Shown piece after piece: positions 24,801 through 38,640 of a stretch of 64,000 nt of DNA. Within the stretch, counting starts at the first letter, position 1. The number at the start of each line of letters is the position of its first letter. The stretch is from Phoronis australis (lineage: Eukaryota > Animalia > Phoronida), in contig NMRA01000069.1 of the NCBI GenBank assembly GCA_002633005.1, positions 158,203-222,202 of the forward strand. Reading direction: 5' to 3'. The notes beneath the pieces were generated by a model that was not told the DNA's origin, did no database searches, and worked only from the letters and a program-made list of their open reading frames with translations. A program made the translations under genes and the position numbers.

Positions 24801-24809
24801 TTCGGGAGA

Positions 24810-25197
24810 TGAGGAACACAAGAAATAAAGCTTAATTAGCAAATGTATGAACAAGTCTATATTTTGGTATAAGAATTTTGTATTATAACTGGAAAAGTAA
24901 TAAATGAATAACAGTTACAGATTACTCACCCTTCCATTACTTTTGTAGCGACAGCAGACGACAATGTAGTTACTACGGTTGTCTATGCGAATAGGAAGCG
25001 CTGAATCAGGTTTTGTACTTCACATCGTGAAGAGTTCCATAGCAACTCAAGTGCGATTGTTAGATTTGAGAACGTTTGGAGTCTACTCGAAATGCGACAT
25101 TAAATACGCTTTTTGAGTACGACTCCAGTGAGCACGATTTTAATATGAAATGTAGAGTATGAGTATGCGTCTGAGTACAGAGATTGGAGACCGGGCC
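24810..25197 (+). mobile_element. 3' part of the long Harbinger-like element family
   Basis: Similar to 31260-31671; ends GAGTACAGAGATTGGAGACCGGGCC followed by CTG. Confidence 0.75.
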
Positions 25198-25699
25198 CTG
25201 GTGTTGATGAGGGCGATAAGACACCGTCAATTCGGATTTTGTAAGTTCGACAAAACTCTCGGTTCTTTTACAGATTTAATTTTTCCATCAAACACGTCTG
25301 TTTTTAACTACAAAATAAAATTTGACAAAAGTAGTTTGGTGTTACGCCTCTTGCCTCATGATTTATATTTTTCCCAGAATGGCCAAACAGAGGCAGAAAC
25401 TGAAATTTTGGTGTCGGGCTTCTTCCATCATTCGTAAAATCCGCCTCTCATCGTTGGAACAGGTGCTCTTATCGACACAATGAAACCTTGGCAGTAGCTT
25501 GTTCAGTTCGTTTTCTATCCCAGCTTCTCCAGCTGAGTCGATTGCACCTCTCCGTCTTTGATCCAGTTATAACACGGTCTGAGGTACACAACTTGAGGTC
25601 AGTGGCATTTGATTGACAGTATTTCTGATTTTTCCGCAATATTATTATAAAAATGGCCAAGTAATCTACACTGTGGTTCTCCACCATTTACTAAACCTG

Positions 25700-26232
25700 T
25701 GCCCGGTCTCCAATCTCCGTACTCAGACTCGAATCATGCTCAAACTCACACTTCATACTCAACTCGAGTACAGGCTCAGCTTTGGTGTATTGAATGTCAT
25801 ACTCGAAAAATCTGTACTCGAAATTTCGCTTACGTACTCAATTTTCGAGTATACTCGAACTGAAGTGTATCTCATCTATATTTCGAGTACGAATATGAGT
25901 AAAATTCCGAGCCTATGCTCCAAATTTCAAGTTTGGTCTTGCAGTGTGCTTGAAATCGTACTCGAAAATAAATGCGAGCGAGAGAACAAAATATCGAAAG
26001 GCCATCGAGAAACCCGGCAAATCTAAAAAAAGTCCTCTTACCACATTTTAAATCTTCTTATTCTTCACCTTATTAACCGGCCGTATCACTGCATGTCATC
26101 ACCGCCAGTTTATAAACTCCTTCTTACTCTACGATTCCTATCAACAGGCGCATTCTAATCCTTTGTCGGCGAGTCATTACAAGTGTCGAAAGCAGTTGTG
26201 GCCAGTAAGTAGTGTGAGAAGTTTGTGCTGCC
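25700..26232 (+). mobile_element. 5' part of the long Harbinger-like element family, interrupted by another repeat
   Basis: CTG|TGCCCGGTCTCCAATCTCCGTACTCAGACTCG, similar to 30309-30850. It breaks at CATAGACATCACATAGACC (26233), a motif also found at 42725. Confidence 0.75.
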
Positions 26233-27289
26233 CATAGACATCACATAGACCGGGCGCACACGCTCCTACTGCTGACAAGTTGACGCCATATTGGAGAGTG
26301 TTACTAGTCAATGAGGCTATAAGATACATGTACGATCTTAACGGAGATTAGACCAATTATCGAACAAAAAGCTTACCTTCCCTCCCCTAATTGCCAAAAT
26401 GGACTTCTGAATCGTCAGTGTACTAAGATATTGGCTACAGAGCATTTGCGGTGTACCGTAGATTTCTGGGGAAGCTATAGCCCCCTCCCCCCCACTTTTT
26501 TCAGTGCTGCGCCGCCAATTCACCGTCATCCGCCCAACTTGTTATGCTATACAACCTAACAAATTAGACTCAAAGGGACAAGGTCGTAATGTAAAAAGCA
26601 AAGAACACAGACTCAGTTCTTTCCGGTGCATCGCTCGGGATTTCCAACATACAAATGTTCTTCTCTCATGCACAGTATTCTTTTCTCACGGATCTGAAGT
26701 CCCCCCAAACAAGCACCAGGCACTTGTTGGCGTTTTTTAGTATCCCCATACCATGTTATTATGTGCTCACAAAGAGATCATCCCCTCTCCCACACATTAT
26801 TTGGAACCGTTCCTATCCATCCCCACCCGTAATCAGATATACGTACAGCGCATCCCTCAGCCGAAAATTTTAAAATAGATTCTTGGCCTTCTCATGGTAT
26901 CATATTTGACTTTGATAGTAAGAAATTTTGGCTGCGATCGGAACATTCTTAACATGTGGCCAAGTATTTTGGATAAGTCTTCATGCAGTTCAGTAGTCAG
27001 ATATCATATCCTGGCACGAACAGTGCAAAAATAGCCAGAGTTGCCAATTTGGGCAACTGAATGAACGATGACTGTTAGAAAAATAGTGATTGTTTTCGCT
27101 TCAGCCCAACTCCCCCACACCATATTCCTGGTCTGCACGCCGTTCATTACTTTCACTCCCCAATTGCGGCATATATTGAAAACGCAATTTTCTACTTGCC
27201 GAGTGCCAACTCACTTGACCCCCAGACCTAAACATCCGCGTATCGAACATTTTTGAAAGGTCGCCAATTGCGGTTAACGTGTTTGCTTA

Positions 27290-27540
27290 TCCTAACCCCC
27301 TGTTGCGGGGTAACCGTTGAATAATGACGAGACAGGTTTTCACAGACGTGAGATATTTTTGTCATGGGCTGAAAACTCTTCACATTAAATTTAGACCTTG
27401 TGAAAAAACTAACTGGGGTCATTTTTCACGAGGTCATTATTTAATGCTACACCCGCTGGGTTGGGTATTTTTCCACTCGGTTTCGATTGGGAAATTCTGT
27501 ATTTTGGCTATACTATAGATCGGTTGCGCAATTCAATCGT
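27290..27540 (+). repeat. Dispersed repeat, inverted copy at 43063-43305
   Basis: cacgaggtcattatttaatgctacacc...ccactcggtttc...aattctgtattttgg is the reverse complement of the 43063-43305 segment. Confidence 0.7.
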
Positions 27541-27959
27541 ACAGGTTTGATAATTTGGTTAATACGGTGCCCGGTCAATTACCTTTGTTGCCGGCATCAA
27601 AAGCCGGTAACGCAATGGTTTATTCATTGCTGGTTTCTCAAAACATTTGCACTCACGAGCACTCCAAGGCATTACAAATTGTATCTACACACTTTGTTTC
27701 AATTTCATATAAGCATTGGTTAGGATGAGAATAATTCATTCTGAAACAAAACACAGAATAATAAACGTCTACATGGCAACTCTCCCGGTGCCAATCCCTA
27801 CTTAGTCAACAGTTCATCCGACGAAGACTTCACGGGTCGGATCGTTAGGTTTCTCAGGCTATGAGTTCGAACGGGAATACACTAATCAAGAAATACTAGA
27901 GAGGCGCCGTGAACGTGCACAGTCAACGGAACGTATGGATAGTTCTTTAGTAAGCCGGA

Positions 27960-28343
27960 ATTCGTCAAAGAAATCACTGTCGACGAAATGCCGGCCACAG
28001 ACACAAAGATGTTTCACGCCTCATACTTGCTAATAAGAGCGTACCTTTCATTCTTCACTACCGCGAGCCACTTCCTAAGCGCTTCGGGCTCTCGAGGAAG
28101 TTGAAAAAACGATATAAAAGCTTTCTTCGCAGCTTCATAGTTCGGACAAGCGGGAATGACGCACCGCAATATAGCGGCATTCACTCTGCAGACGAACCAC
28201 TGACGTCGCTACGTCGTTCCTCACCTTACGCACAGGTTAACGCGACACCTCTCGGCAAGGTGAGGTCGACCGTATAAGAGGCGATGTGGATATAGACCGA
28301 TTAAGAGGTAAAAAAGACTAATTAAATCGGGTGGCATTCTCCT
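27960..28343 (-). mobile_element. Kolobok-like transposon end with a frameshifted THAP zinc-finger remnant
   Basis: Minus strand begins TTAA|AGGAGAATGCCAC, then RCVIPACPN...SFFQLPREPEALRKWL / (frameshift) LCVCGRHFVDSDF, i.e. the THAP C2CH signature. Confidence 0.7.
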
Positions 28344-30308
28344 TTAAAACTGCCGAAGAGCGAAGCGCGCTGTATTGATATAGGGGCCCTTCTTTTAGTA
28401 CTCCCAACATGAATGTAGGAGACACCACTGTTTGTCTATCTTTGGTCATGTCTCCTGCCTAGTACATGAGGTCCCAATGTTCATCCCTTTTCTTGTGGGA
28501 TCCACTAAAATTGCATAATTGGCTCGCTCTTTGACTGGCTTTAGGTGAGGGTCCCTATCATAATACAAGCAGATCTATTTTCTTCAGTCGTCATCGGGCT
28601 GGGCCCATCCACTCACATGACAGAGCATGAATTGGCAGAGTGAGGTGTACACGAAACCTAAGCCACAACCAATGCCTTCGAAGTCAGAAAAGATATTCCG
28701 TCACCACACAATAGACCAAAAACTTTAACAAAAACCTCAAACACAAATTTGTGAATTCTATGAACTTCAAGTGTTAGCTATATTCAGGGCTCTGCGTCAG
28801 TCTTGCCTGTGATGATGAAATGCCACACAAGGCGACAGAACATATATAAAATATTGCAAAATATCACATATCGATCAGCTTGTTGAAACTTGTCTCAATC
28901 ATGCATTGTTGAACAAAATATCTTGTTAGAAAGACAATTGGTTATTATTCAGTAATGCTCCCCATAACCTGATATAATTTGAGGAATCTTAACATACGTC
29001 TTTCCTTTTACATGTTTTATTCATTCAGGAAAGGACAGTGGAATAAATGTATTTAATTTACTGTGACAATTTCATAATTGGATGGTAAGGAAATGTTTTC
29101 TTCGGTTTCATAATAGTCATTCCCTGATGCTTCGAGCGCTCCATCAACAAAATGTTGGTAGCCAGAGACAGGTTTCTACCCCAATATCGCAGGTGTCAGA
29201 AAATGTCTGTTAATCAATGGTTAATTACAGTTTCGACACGCAAACTACGTTTTGAAATATAATTGAAAATTGCGCAGACTAGATTCCGGTCCTCCAACTA
29301 TCATTTTTTTCTTGTACCTATGCTATATTGCTCAGCCCCTCCACTATGAGGGTAATAAATCAATATTCTAAGTTGACACCAAACCTTTCCTTTGGCATCA
29401 TGGTGGCACAAAAACGGAAACAGGCTGAGATTTAATTTTCTTATTTTATTTTCTAATGGATCTATTTATTGAAAATCAGTGCATAGCTGCGGTGTAAAAA
29501 TTCGTCAATTGTACACATTGGCTGTAGATCAATGAATGTCTGCATGTACCTTGTGAACGTACATGTACATTGTCTGATTCTGAGATAGCCTAACAAAATT
29601 TAAAGTTCAACCACAACAAAAAACATGGCCACATTACTACTCGCTGGGTTCACTTTGAAGTCTCCTAACCAAAGCCACACAAGAGGCGTACTTCGCTCAA
29701 GTGCATGTCTTGTTTGGTAACAGTCGAGCTGTTTTGTAACAAAAAACTTAGTTACTCATTTTGCTTAATTTTGAAGCTGATGATACCCGTGTGGTGTCAT
29801 AATTAGGTAATGGTAATTTCGTGTTCAATACCAGGCAACCAGTACCCCCAAATTACTGATCTGTCTCACTAGTGCTGTTCAAGTGCATTAAACTCCATTA
29901 GGCAGAAACAATGAAATTATGCGTATTTCTTCAAAACCTCACTTACTATAATGTAACATATATTTGATTAAGAGAGACTAAAATTTTATTAGCGATACTG
30001 CGGGCAACACAGCACTTACTACACTAGGTACTAGTGCTCTGCATGAACTTATAATTTCGCTTAATTTCAAGATCAGGTTTATGTGAAATTGGAATTAAAT
30101 ATTCTAATCAGGTGAGAGTTTTTGTTGATTGTAAATTTCTTTCTAATTAGAAGCCCCTCATTTTACAACTCCTGTGACAGAATCGGAAGAATATTTGACT
30201 TGTACATGTAAGTTGTATGAGTACCGTATGCGCCGTAATAAACGCCAGACCTCTTAGAGAAATTCGTTTCGGGGAGCGCTTATTGTGACCTGATATGGTT
30301 GAAACCCG

Positions 30309-31671
30309 GGCCCGGTCTTCAATCTCCGTACTCAGACTCGAATCATGCTCAAACTCACACTTCATACTCAAATCGAGTACAGACTCAGCTTTGGTGTATT
30401 CAATGTCATACTCGAAAATCTGTAATCGAAATTTCGAGCACGTACTCAGTTTTCGAGTGTACTCGAACTGAAGTGTATCTCTTCTGTATTTCGAGTACGA
30501 TTTTGAGTAAAAATTAGGAGTCTATGCTCAAATTTCAAGTTTGGTATGGCAGTGTGCTTGAAATCGTACTCGAAAATAAATACGAGCCAGAGAACAAAAT
30601 ATCGAAAGGGAACCAAGAAACACAGCAAATCTAAAAAAATAAGTCCTCTTACCGTATCTCAGCACTAGTTTTCATCTTAAATCTTCTTATTCTTCACCTT
30701 ATTAACCCGCCGTATCACTGTTTGTTATGGCCACCATTCTACGTCTACAATTCCTGGCAACAGGCGCATTGTAATCCCTTGTCGGCGAGTCATAACAAGT
30801 GTCGAAAGCAGTTGTGGGAAAAGTCGTGTGAGAAGTTTGTGCTGCCCTTATTTCGTTATGTGTGCCTACGTTTTGTAGGGTTTCCAAAAGACGAGGAGGG
30901 GAGGGAAGTTAAAAACAGTTCGCTTCCCTGTCAGGTACATTTCTCATCATAACTTAGTCATCTATAATTCCTCAATCCCCAAATGGAATTCCAGATTTTG
31001 TTTGCCGATTTCTAAGTAGACGTCTCGTCCCGTTCACTGCCACTAGTGAACTCTGAATGCCTGCACAAGTATTGTTTTTAACTCACGTGCCAAATGTCAA
31101 CTCACTTGATACATCCCGGTAAAATACAAAGATACAGTATCAAAGTTTGACATCAGCGTAGGCCTACACAGCAATGGGTTTTATGTCAAGACTAAATTAG
31201 CAACAGAGATGTGATGTGATAAGCTGTTACATATTTCTTAAGACATTTTCGGGACTGGGTGAGGAACTCAAGAAGTAAAGCTTAATAATTGCCAAATGTA
31301 TCAAAGAAATGGCATAAGAATATTTATTGAAACTAAAAAATGAATAACAGTTACAGAACACTCAGAATTCCACGTTATAGACATACTGTTGTAGTTGTAG
31401 CGACAGCAGACGATAATGTAGGCCTAGTTCTTGGGGTGGTCTATTCCAATAGGGAGCGATGAATCAGCGCGGCTTTGCGTGATTTTGCATTTCACATCAT
31501 AAAGAGTTCCATAGCAACTCGAGTATGAGTGTCAGATTTGAGTACGTTTGGAGTCTACTCGAAATACGACATTAGATACGCTTTTTTGAGTACGACTCCA
31601 GTGAGCACGATTTTGAGTATGAAATCTCGAGTATGAGTATGAGTCTGAGTACGGAGATTGGAGACCGGGCT
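30309..31671 (+). mobile_element. Full-length ~1.36-kb non-autonomous PIF/Harbinger-like element
   Basis: TIRs GGCCCGGTCTTCAATCTCCGTACTCAGACTC / GAGTCTGAGTACGGAGATTGGAGACCGGGCT, flanked by CCG on both sides; subterminal TACTCGAA/TTCGAGTA repeats; no transposase ORF. Confidence 0.85.
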
Positions 31672-34600
31672 CCGGTCTCTGAAACAGGCTGAAATCGGAA
31701 AATATTCATAAAATTTACGTTCTGTCACATAAACGTAACATGTGACAAATTTTATATAAACCTGGGGTGCGGTGCCATCAAGCTTCATTGTCAAATTATA
31801 TGGTTGTATACAATATGTTACTGAAATCTCAAGGCAAAAACTCGCCTGTGCGTTACTGCTTCGCGATCGTCAAAGTGGGAACTTGATTAAAATACAATTT
31901 CGACTATATAAATTACGTGAAATCCTCACTTATTTTTTCCAAATAGAGGCTCTAAGATGTTTAAGTTCTTCAATGTGCAGTCGGAATTAACAGCAGGTTA
32001 AGTCCAAATCTGCACAACGAGAAAAATCTTTAGAAGAACACACATGTTGCTGTCACGTGACGTTTGTGTTGAAGGTCGTCTACAATTGTGTGAGAAGTCA
32101 GCGAGCACGTGCATGTATTCAGTGTTCCAACCGCCAGAGTTAAACGCAATGTAACGATCTAGGTGTGCATTTAGCTAAAGAAATTAACATAAGCAGTAAC
32201 GTAAAGCGTGTTTCATTAAGAACTCGCTGGTATCATCTACTATTAATACGTTTGAAATTGTCTCGGTAAGGCCGAATATACTAATGTCATTGAGTCGCTG
32301 GGTGACTGGTTGCGCGGCAGTTCTGGGAGATTCAGGTATAAGGGTGCGGAGTTGTTCACTGCCAGTGTGTCATTTTATCAGATATTGGACGTATTTTTTT
32401 ACCCTATTAAAAACGTTCAGAAATTGGTGGCAAAATTTATTTCTTGCCAATGGTATGCTACCCTTGTTCAATAGGTTGCTCGTGTACGTTGAATGTCTGC
32501 GATAACAGGTATGTTGCGTACGCTTCCTGGCCACGTGCTTTTAGCACCAAGTACATTTTTATTCGTGAGGGCACTTGCTTATATTTTTGCTTAACTAGAA
32601 GTTTCTTTCAAGATGACGGATATGGCGAATTTTCACCCATTTTCAATCGTTCTGGGGTGCCATTTTGAACGGGAAGAGCAAGTGACGTGAATTTTTGCAT
32701 GCGGATTGTTTTAGGTATACTCTTTCAAATGTTTAACATTATTTGCCAATCTTACCGTTTTTTGAGTTATATTCCTTCAAATTTCAAAAGATGCAAAATT
32801 TGAAACTTTTTGAAAAATCTTTTGAACTTTGTATAACTACAGTTTAGATGGAGTTTTCAACGGTCTTTCAGAATACAATTTCCATTTTTCGCTAGAACGT
32901 CTCATTTTTTAAATATTTAGGATATTTTGTCGACGCTGTTCCTTTGTTGGCTGATTTTGTCTGCTCCGTTTGATTCGCCTAAAATTCACACACAACCTCT
33001 GACTCGTAAAGGGCTCGAAGGCCTTGTTTTTCTTCATGATCAAATTCAAGATGGCTGACGTGGCGGCCATTTTGTTTCTTATTTCAAGTTCCAATGCTCA
33101 GAGAGACCGCAATTTAATATGTGAACGGCTGAAAACCCAAACGATTATTGTACTGGACGTGTGCTCTAGATGTTTAGGAAACTATTTACTTCCAATAAAA
33201 AATGGTGGAATTATTGGCAATTGCGCAGGGGTACCTCGATTTCGGGCTAAAATGTTTTCTCCTGTAGAGAGACCGATACTATTTTTAATTGTTCACGTTG
33301 TCCATTATATGCCAACATGTGGTCTCCTGTGCTATTTTATCTATATCCATCTACATGTGTTAAGCAGTCCGTATCATCGATCGAAACGTGGAGAGTACGT
33401 GTATTTTATTATATTATAGTACCGACGCTCGTCGTTTTATTTTACTAGTTTTACTATTTTAAGCTTTTCTGATAACTTAAGTTTACCAAAAAACTTAAGA
33501 GCTCATGAAAACTTTAGTTTTTACAATTCAAAATACTTAAGTTTTTTACTTGAACCTATTTGTTGGCTAGTAATTGATTTGCAAATGTCCATGCGGGTTC
33601 TTTGGACTGAGGCCTCGTGGTTTTAGTCAGTCTTCAATCGGAGTTTGTGAAATGTGGCTTTACTGATGGGATAATTAAAATATATGATTAAACTGCAGTC
33701 GCTGGTCTGATTATTTAGTATTTAATGCGAGCCCGTGACAAAAGCGCGGAATTGAAACTTCGGGAGATTACAATTTACATGTGCGGTAACATGACGGCAG
33801 CAAATGCCGGATCTTTTAGTAATAAAACTTGCTCAAAATTAGGCCTTCTCGGAGCTTAGAAAGCGATACAATGCAGTACATCAGATGACTCTGGGATCAG
33901 CGGACCCTCCTACTGAAGTCGAAAATTTTCCCACGAGAAGATTGTAATTGTTATCGTTCATGAATTTATTATAAAATGAAAGTGCACCAGAAAATAATTA
34001 CATTACAAAAAAGCATTCCTGGGACACATCAGGATCAAAGTCGAAATACCATACATAATTCCTACTGCATTGAATGAATTTACATTTCACTCTGACCATC
34101 AAACTGAGCAGCAACTGAGTTTAAAACGCCAGCAGCCAAATGATGTTGTTCATTAATGTGAGGGGCTGCTAAGCTATATGTGTCATAAGTTCTGACACAA
34201 CACCAATACTGTACCTTCTGATGCGGCCACGCAAGTAAATGTTGTTTTTACAAAGGTTTTGGGGGTTTATCAAACACGAAATCCAGCAAGAAACCATATC
34301 ACTTTGTCAAGAACATTCCAAAACAAGCAGTGTCTATGCAATCATACTGCACTCCTATTGGTTAACCGCTCTTGGTCGGCTTACCGTCTAACCAAAACAT
34401 TTACAAATGTACACCTCTAAGTGGCCAATGCTCGACTAACTGCCCTCTCCCAAATTCTTCAATCAAAACAATCTTAAAGGTGCGGCGTCTTTGCGGAAGC
34501 CCGTTTAACCAGAAGTTTGCATCGAGTATGTTAAAATACACTACATATTACTCATGGGCGCAGGAACTGATGCGCCCTCTCTGACGGCCACAGGACCAAC

Positions 34601-35375
34601 CTTGTGCACAAAGTAAGACAAAAAAGCATTTTGAGGCATCTACAATGCAGCAAATGAGCTTTGAATTGTCAAAATTTGAGTCCCCACCCAGACTGCCTAC
34701 GGGAGGATTGACCCTCCAGTATCATCCTCATTGCTGACTTTGTGGCTCGTCTATTCGCCGAGACAACACGAAAATGCTGGTACTGGGTGCGATCACTCCG
34801 TTCTAGACGGCATGTTACTACATGGTCTGCATTCTGACGATTTTAATATTTGACTCTTGCACGTGAGGTCCTAACTTACCCAACTGATCGTTAAGTAAAA
34901 CCCTCATCCGCGACTTTAGTTTTGAAGCGTCCAACTTGGGAGAAATGCCCGCCATATCGTTTTATTAGTTTCCCAGATCAAGTACCATGCGCGTTAGTCG
35001 GCATAAATGAGGTAGTGTTCACTTGTAAGTTAGGGAGATGAGAAATTTTGGAGAAATGCGCAATTTAGGAAACCCCACAGAACCACACCAATAACCTTGC
35101 AACTTCTGCTAGCGAACACATTGCGTATCTGGAAAACCGTTTCCCCTGCTATTAGAGGCACTTTGTTGCCGGTGTATAGCTGCAATTTGGGACACCCACC
35201 CATTTGAAGAGTGGACTCGAAAAGGGGCCTATTTGTAAGGAACATCTAGGGTTATGAAAAATCGCCCATTCTTTTCTCTATTAATAGTATCATTTATTGT
35301 GCATCATAGTCTTTGCCTACTCATACATAAATACATAAATTCAAACGTATATTCAGAGAGCAGTTCTTCTCTTAA

Positions 35376-36169
35376 GAGTCACTGCATGAGAACGTCAGGT
35401 AATTTGTAATATTATGGGAATATGACATGTCACGAATTTTAAATTTGATATAGTATACATATCACTTAGGGTGAATTGGCTACAAAAATATAAAAATTAG
35501 TTTTGTCTTTCGTCACTTTGTAAATATATACCAAATAACTAAATCGGGTGAAAAAATGGCTGTAACCCCTTGTGCGCGACTGTTGAAAATGCCCAATTTT
35601 TCCATGGGAATTAAACCACGTTGCAGGCGTTTAAGAAATAAAAAAATGATTGAGTTATATAAAATTATCCTTTTTGTAATTGAGAATGCCAAAAATAAAT
35701 CAGAATGACGTATTTTGATATTTTTAAGGAACTTTTGAATGCCTTGCCTCCACGGGCCAAAAACAGCTACCAGTTTCGACCTATATAGAGGCCTATGTAA
35801 TTCAAGTGCGCAAAAACGCACACCACCCACACATGGGTTCTGTGATAGCTACAGCTCTCTAGTCTTTGACAAGATATCTTTATTTCCGTGGACAGCACCG
35901 TTCTTAATTCTCGAATTTACACTTTAGCGAAGGCACTTTCACCTTGTCGTTGTTGCACAGTGATGCAACAAAAATGCTAAAATTCAATGGCTTCCGAAGC
36001 CATAAACTATCCAAAAATTTCGTAGTTTTCTGTGAAGAAGTTAGACATTTTAAATAAAATTATTTTAGGTGTTGACCATTCAACCTAAGAGTAAAACTAA
36101 GCTATATTTCGAAAAAATCCGTGACATGTCATGTTCCCGCATCTGCCTGACTTTCCCATGCAGTGACTC
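35376..36169. mobile_element. Non-autonomous Kolobok-like element (794 bp), TTAA TSD
   Basis: TTAA|GAGTCACTGCATGAGAACGTCAGG ... CCTGACTTTCCCATGCAGTGACTC|TTAA. Confidence 0.82.
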
Positions 36170-36173
36170 TTAA

Positions 36174-38150
36174 AGCCGTAGCCTTCTGAACATACAATGC
36201 AAGGCGCTGGATACTGTCATGTTTTTTCTGTTGGAAGAACCTAACAAGAGAATAGTTAACATTCTGAACCTCTGGTAGAAGATTTCTTCTAAGGTCTCCA
36301 AGAACAGAGTAATTAACAATTGTCTCCCTCATTCATAGCGAGCCCTAGCATTCGACGTTTTAATACTAAATGTCAGAGCGTATTTACAAAAGTCATTATG
36401 AACTTTTTCAATATATTCACACATTGATGTTCCCCATATTTCTGTCCCACATGTTAATATGGGCATTATCATTGAGTCAAAAACTTTTAAATGCACTGCA
36501 TGGGAAATATAGTTAAATTTTTATAGAGTGACTTACTTTTCGAGCTTGGCTTGCAAGTACTCTACAACACTTAGTCCATTTAAGTCTGCTGGAGAATGTG
36601 ACTGCAAGGTATTTGTAGTACAATGTGGTGTCTAGTTTCTTGTCGCCAAAAAAACACCTTTCAGTATTTGAAAGTATCCCCCTCGCTTAAATACTACAAC
36701 ATTAATTTTCTCCAAATTTACTTGCAAATTTCAGTCTCGATAAAACTGTTCGAAGACACCGAGATTCATCTGTAGCCCAGCAACAGTATTCGACACCAGC
36801 ACTAAATCATCAGCAAAAAACAGAGAACCTATATCAAAACCCGGAGAGACACTTACATTGTATACCTCTATCTACATTTTCTCTAATATCAGACACTAGT
36901 GTGCAAAAACCGAGAAGAGCCAGGGACTTAAAACACATCCTTGCAGGACGCCAACTGCACAGTTAAAATAGGGCGTGATCTGTGACTACCATAACTCGAT
37001 ATTTTATAGAATCGCACATGCTGCGCAAAATGTTAAACATTTTTCCATGGAAACCTTTGGTTAAAAGGGCATAAAATAAACGGGAAGTGTCTACACTATC
37101 AAACGCCTTACTAAAATCAACGAATGCGCAATATACTTTCCCCTTCCGTTTCTGGATGATCCTATGTAGGTTAAAAATGTTATCGATTGTAGGGTACCCT
37201 GCCCGAAAGCCTGCTTGTTCTTCCGGGATACATTTCGTGTTATTCGACCATTCAACTATACGAGAATAAAGAATACTTGTAAACATTTATTGATACTATC
37301 TTTAACGGAAATCCCTCTATAATTAATTGAATTAAATCTGTCTCCATATTTGTAACACGGCACAGTAATACTTTTGACCATTGGGATGGATAGTGCCCGG
37401 TATTGAAAATTCTAAAAAGTTTGTGGAGAAGTTCTACTAGTGTCTCAGGAAAGCACCTATAGAATTCTTCTAAGGAAGATTTATTAATCTTTAGTTTGGT
37501 AATGACCCCTACTATTTCATCTGCGCATATATCGGCATTTAGTTCATCCACGTCAAAGGCACTGGTTACGTCACGCTCACTGTGCGTGTGACTACAACGC
37601 TCACACTGTACGTCATGCACATCAAGAATCTGTCTAACTAGGTCATAAGAAGTTTCACTGCGACCCTCTGTTCTGTTAATATCAAACTGGTTACTGAAAT
37701 ATCTAAACCACTCCAATTCAGTAATATTATTATTATCAGGCTCTGAAGTGTGTACTGGCTCTGATAGGCTTTGTTTTATAACATTTCAAAATCTAATAGG
37801 ATTCCCCGGACCACTGACTCACATAACTCACTTTGTTTATCGGCATTTTATCGCTTTTTCCTCTTCTTACATAATTTTTTTGTATTCATTCCTACTAGCA
37901 AGATAATTTCTCAGGTCTAAGTCACTCCGAGACAGCCTAAATTTTCGCTGTAGAGCCTTCATTTGTAGTTTCATCTCTTTACATTCACTGCCAAACCATG
38001 TTTTAATAACACCACCCTTAATGGAGTTTGATTTCATAAGCCTTACTTTTTTGAAAGTATTCGTGCACAAGCGTTTTTTAACAAAAAATCTGCAAGAAGA
38101 GTGTTACATTTCTGCAAACCAAACGTGTGAGTAGTTTTTTTTATTAATGT
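36174..38150 (-). mobile_element. Degenerate non-LTR retrotransposon RT (RTE-X/CR1-like)
   Basis: Fragmented translation: WFGSEC, EEQAGFRAGYPTIDNIF, YCAFVDFSKAFDSV, GVLQGCVLSP, LFFADDLVL, YKYL; many stops and frameshifts. Confidence 0.85.
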
Positions 38151-38199
38151 TTATTACGAAATCTTCAGAATACAATGAATATACATAACCCAGAATGCG

Positions 38200-38640
38200 C
38201 CAAGAGGCATTAGATCTGGGTAAAAAAATACAAAGAAGTCTATACACAATTATTATATACGAATACATAAATAAAAAACTGATGCTAAGAATACAATGAT
38301 ATATGACAACGAATGAAAATTATTATCCACTCACACAAAGAGATTTAATGTTATAAAGAAATTCTGATACTATTTCAAATAAAACCTTATTTTCGTTTGA
38401 ATTAAGTTCTTGACATCCATATAGAAAGAAATTTGTCGTACAATTGCGGAATTTCAGAATATTTTTTATAAACATTGGGGTATTGTTCGAGTGCCTGGAA
38501 GAGCTGTACCCTCTCCTCCTTGCATACAAATGTACCTCACAAGCAAAGAAAACATGAGTAGTGAAACTGAATCTTTCTGAAAAGTTCTTGAGTTAAAACT
38601 GCTTAAATGAACTCATTTTGGGAATAAATCGGAAAGGCAC
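38200..38640 (-). mobile_element. 3' fragment of a second LINE (CR1/L2-group-like C-terminus)
   Basis: HVFFAC...LYGCQELNSNENKVLFEIVSEFL resembles LINE ORF2 termini. Confidence 0.5.
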
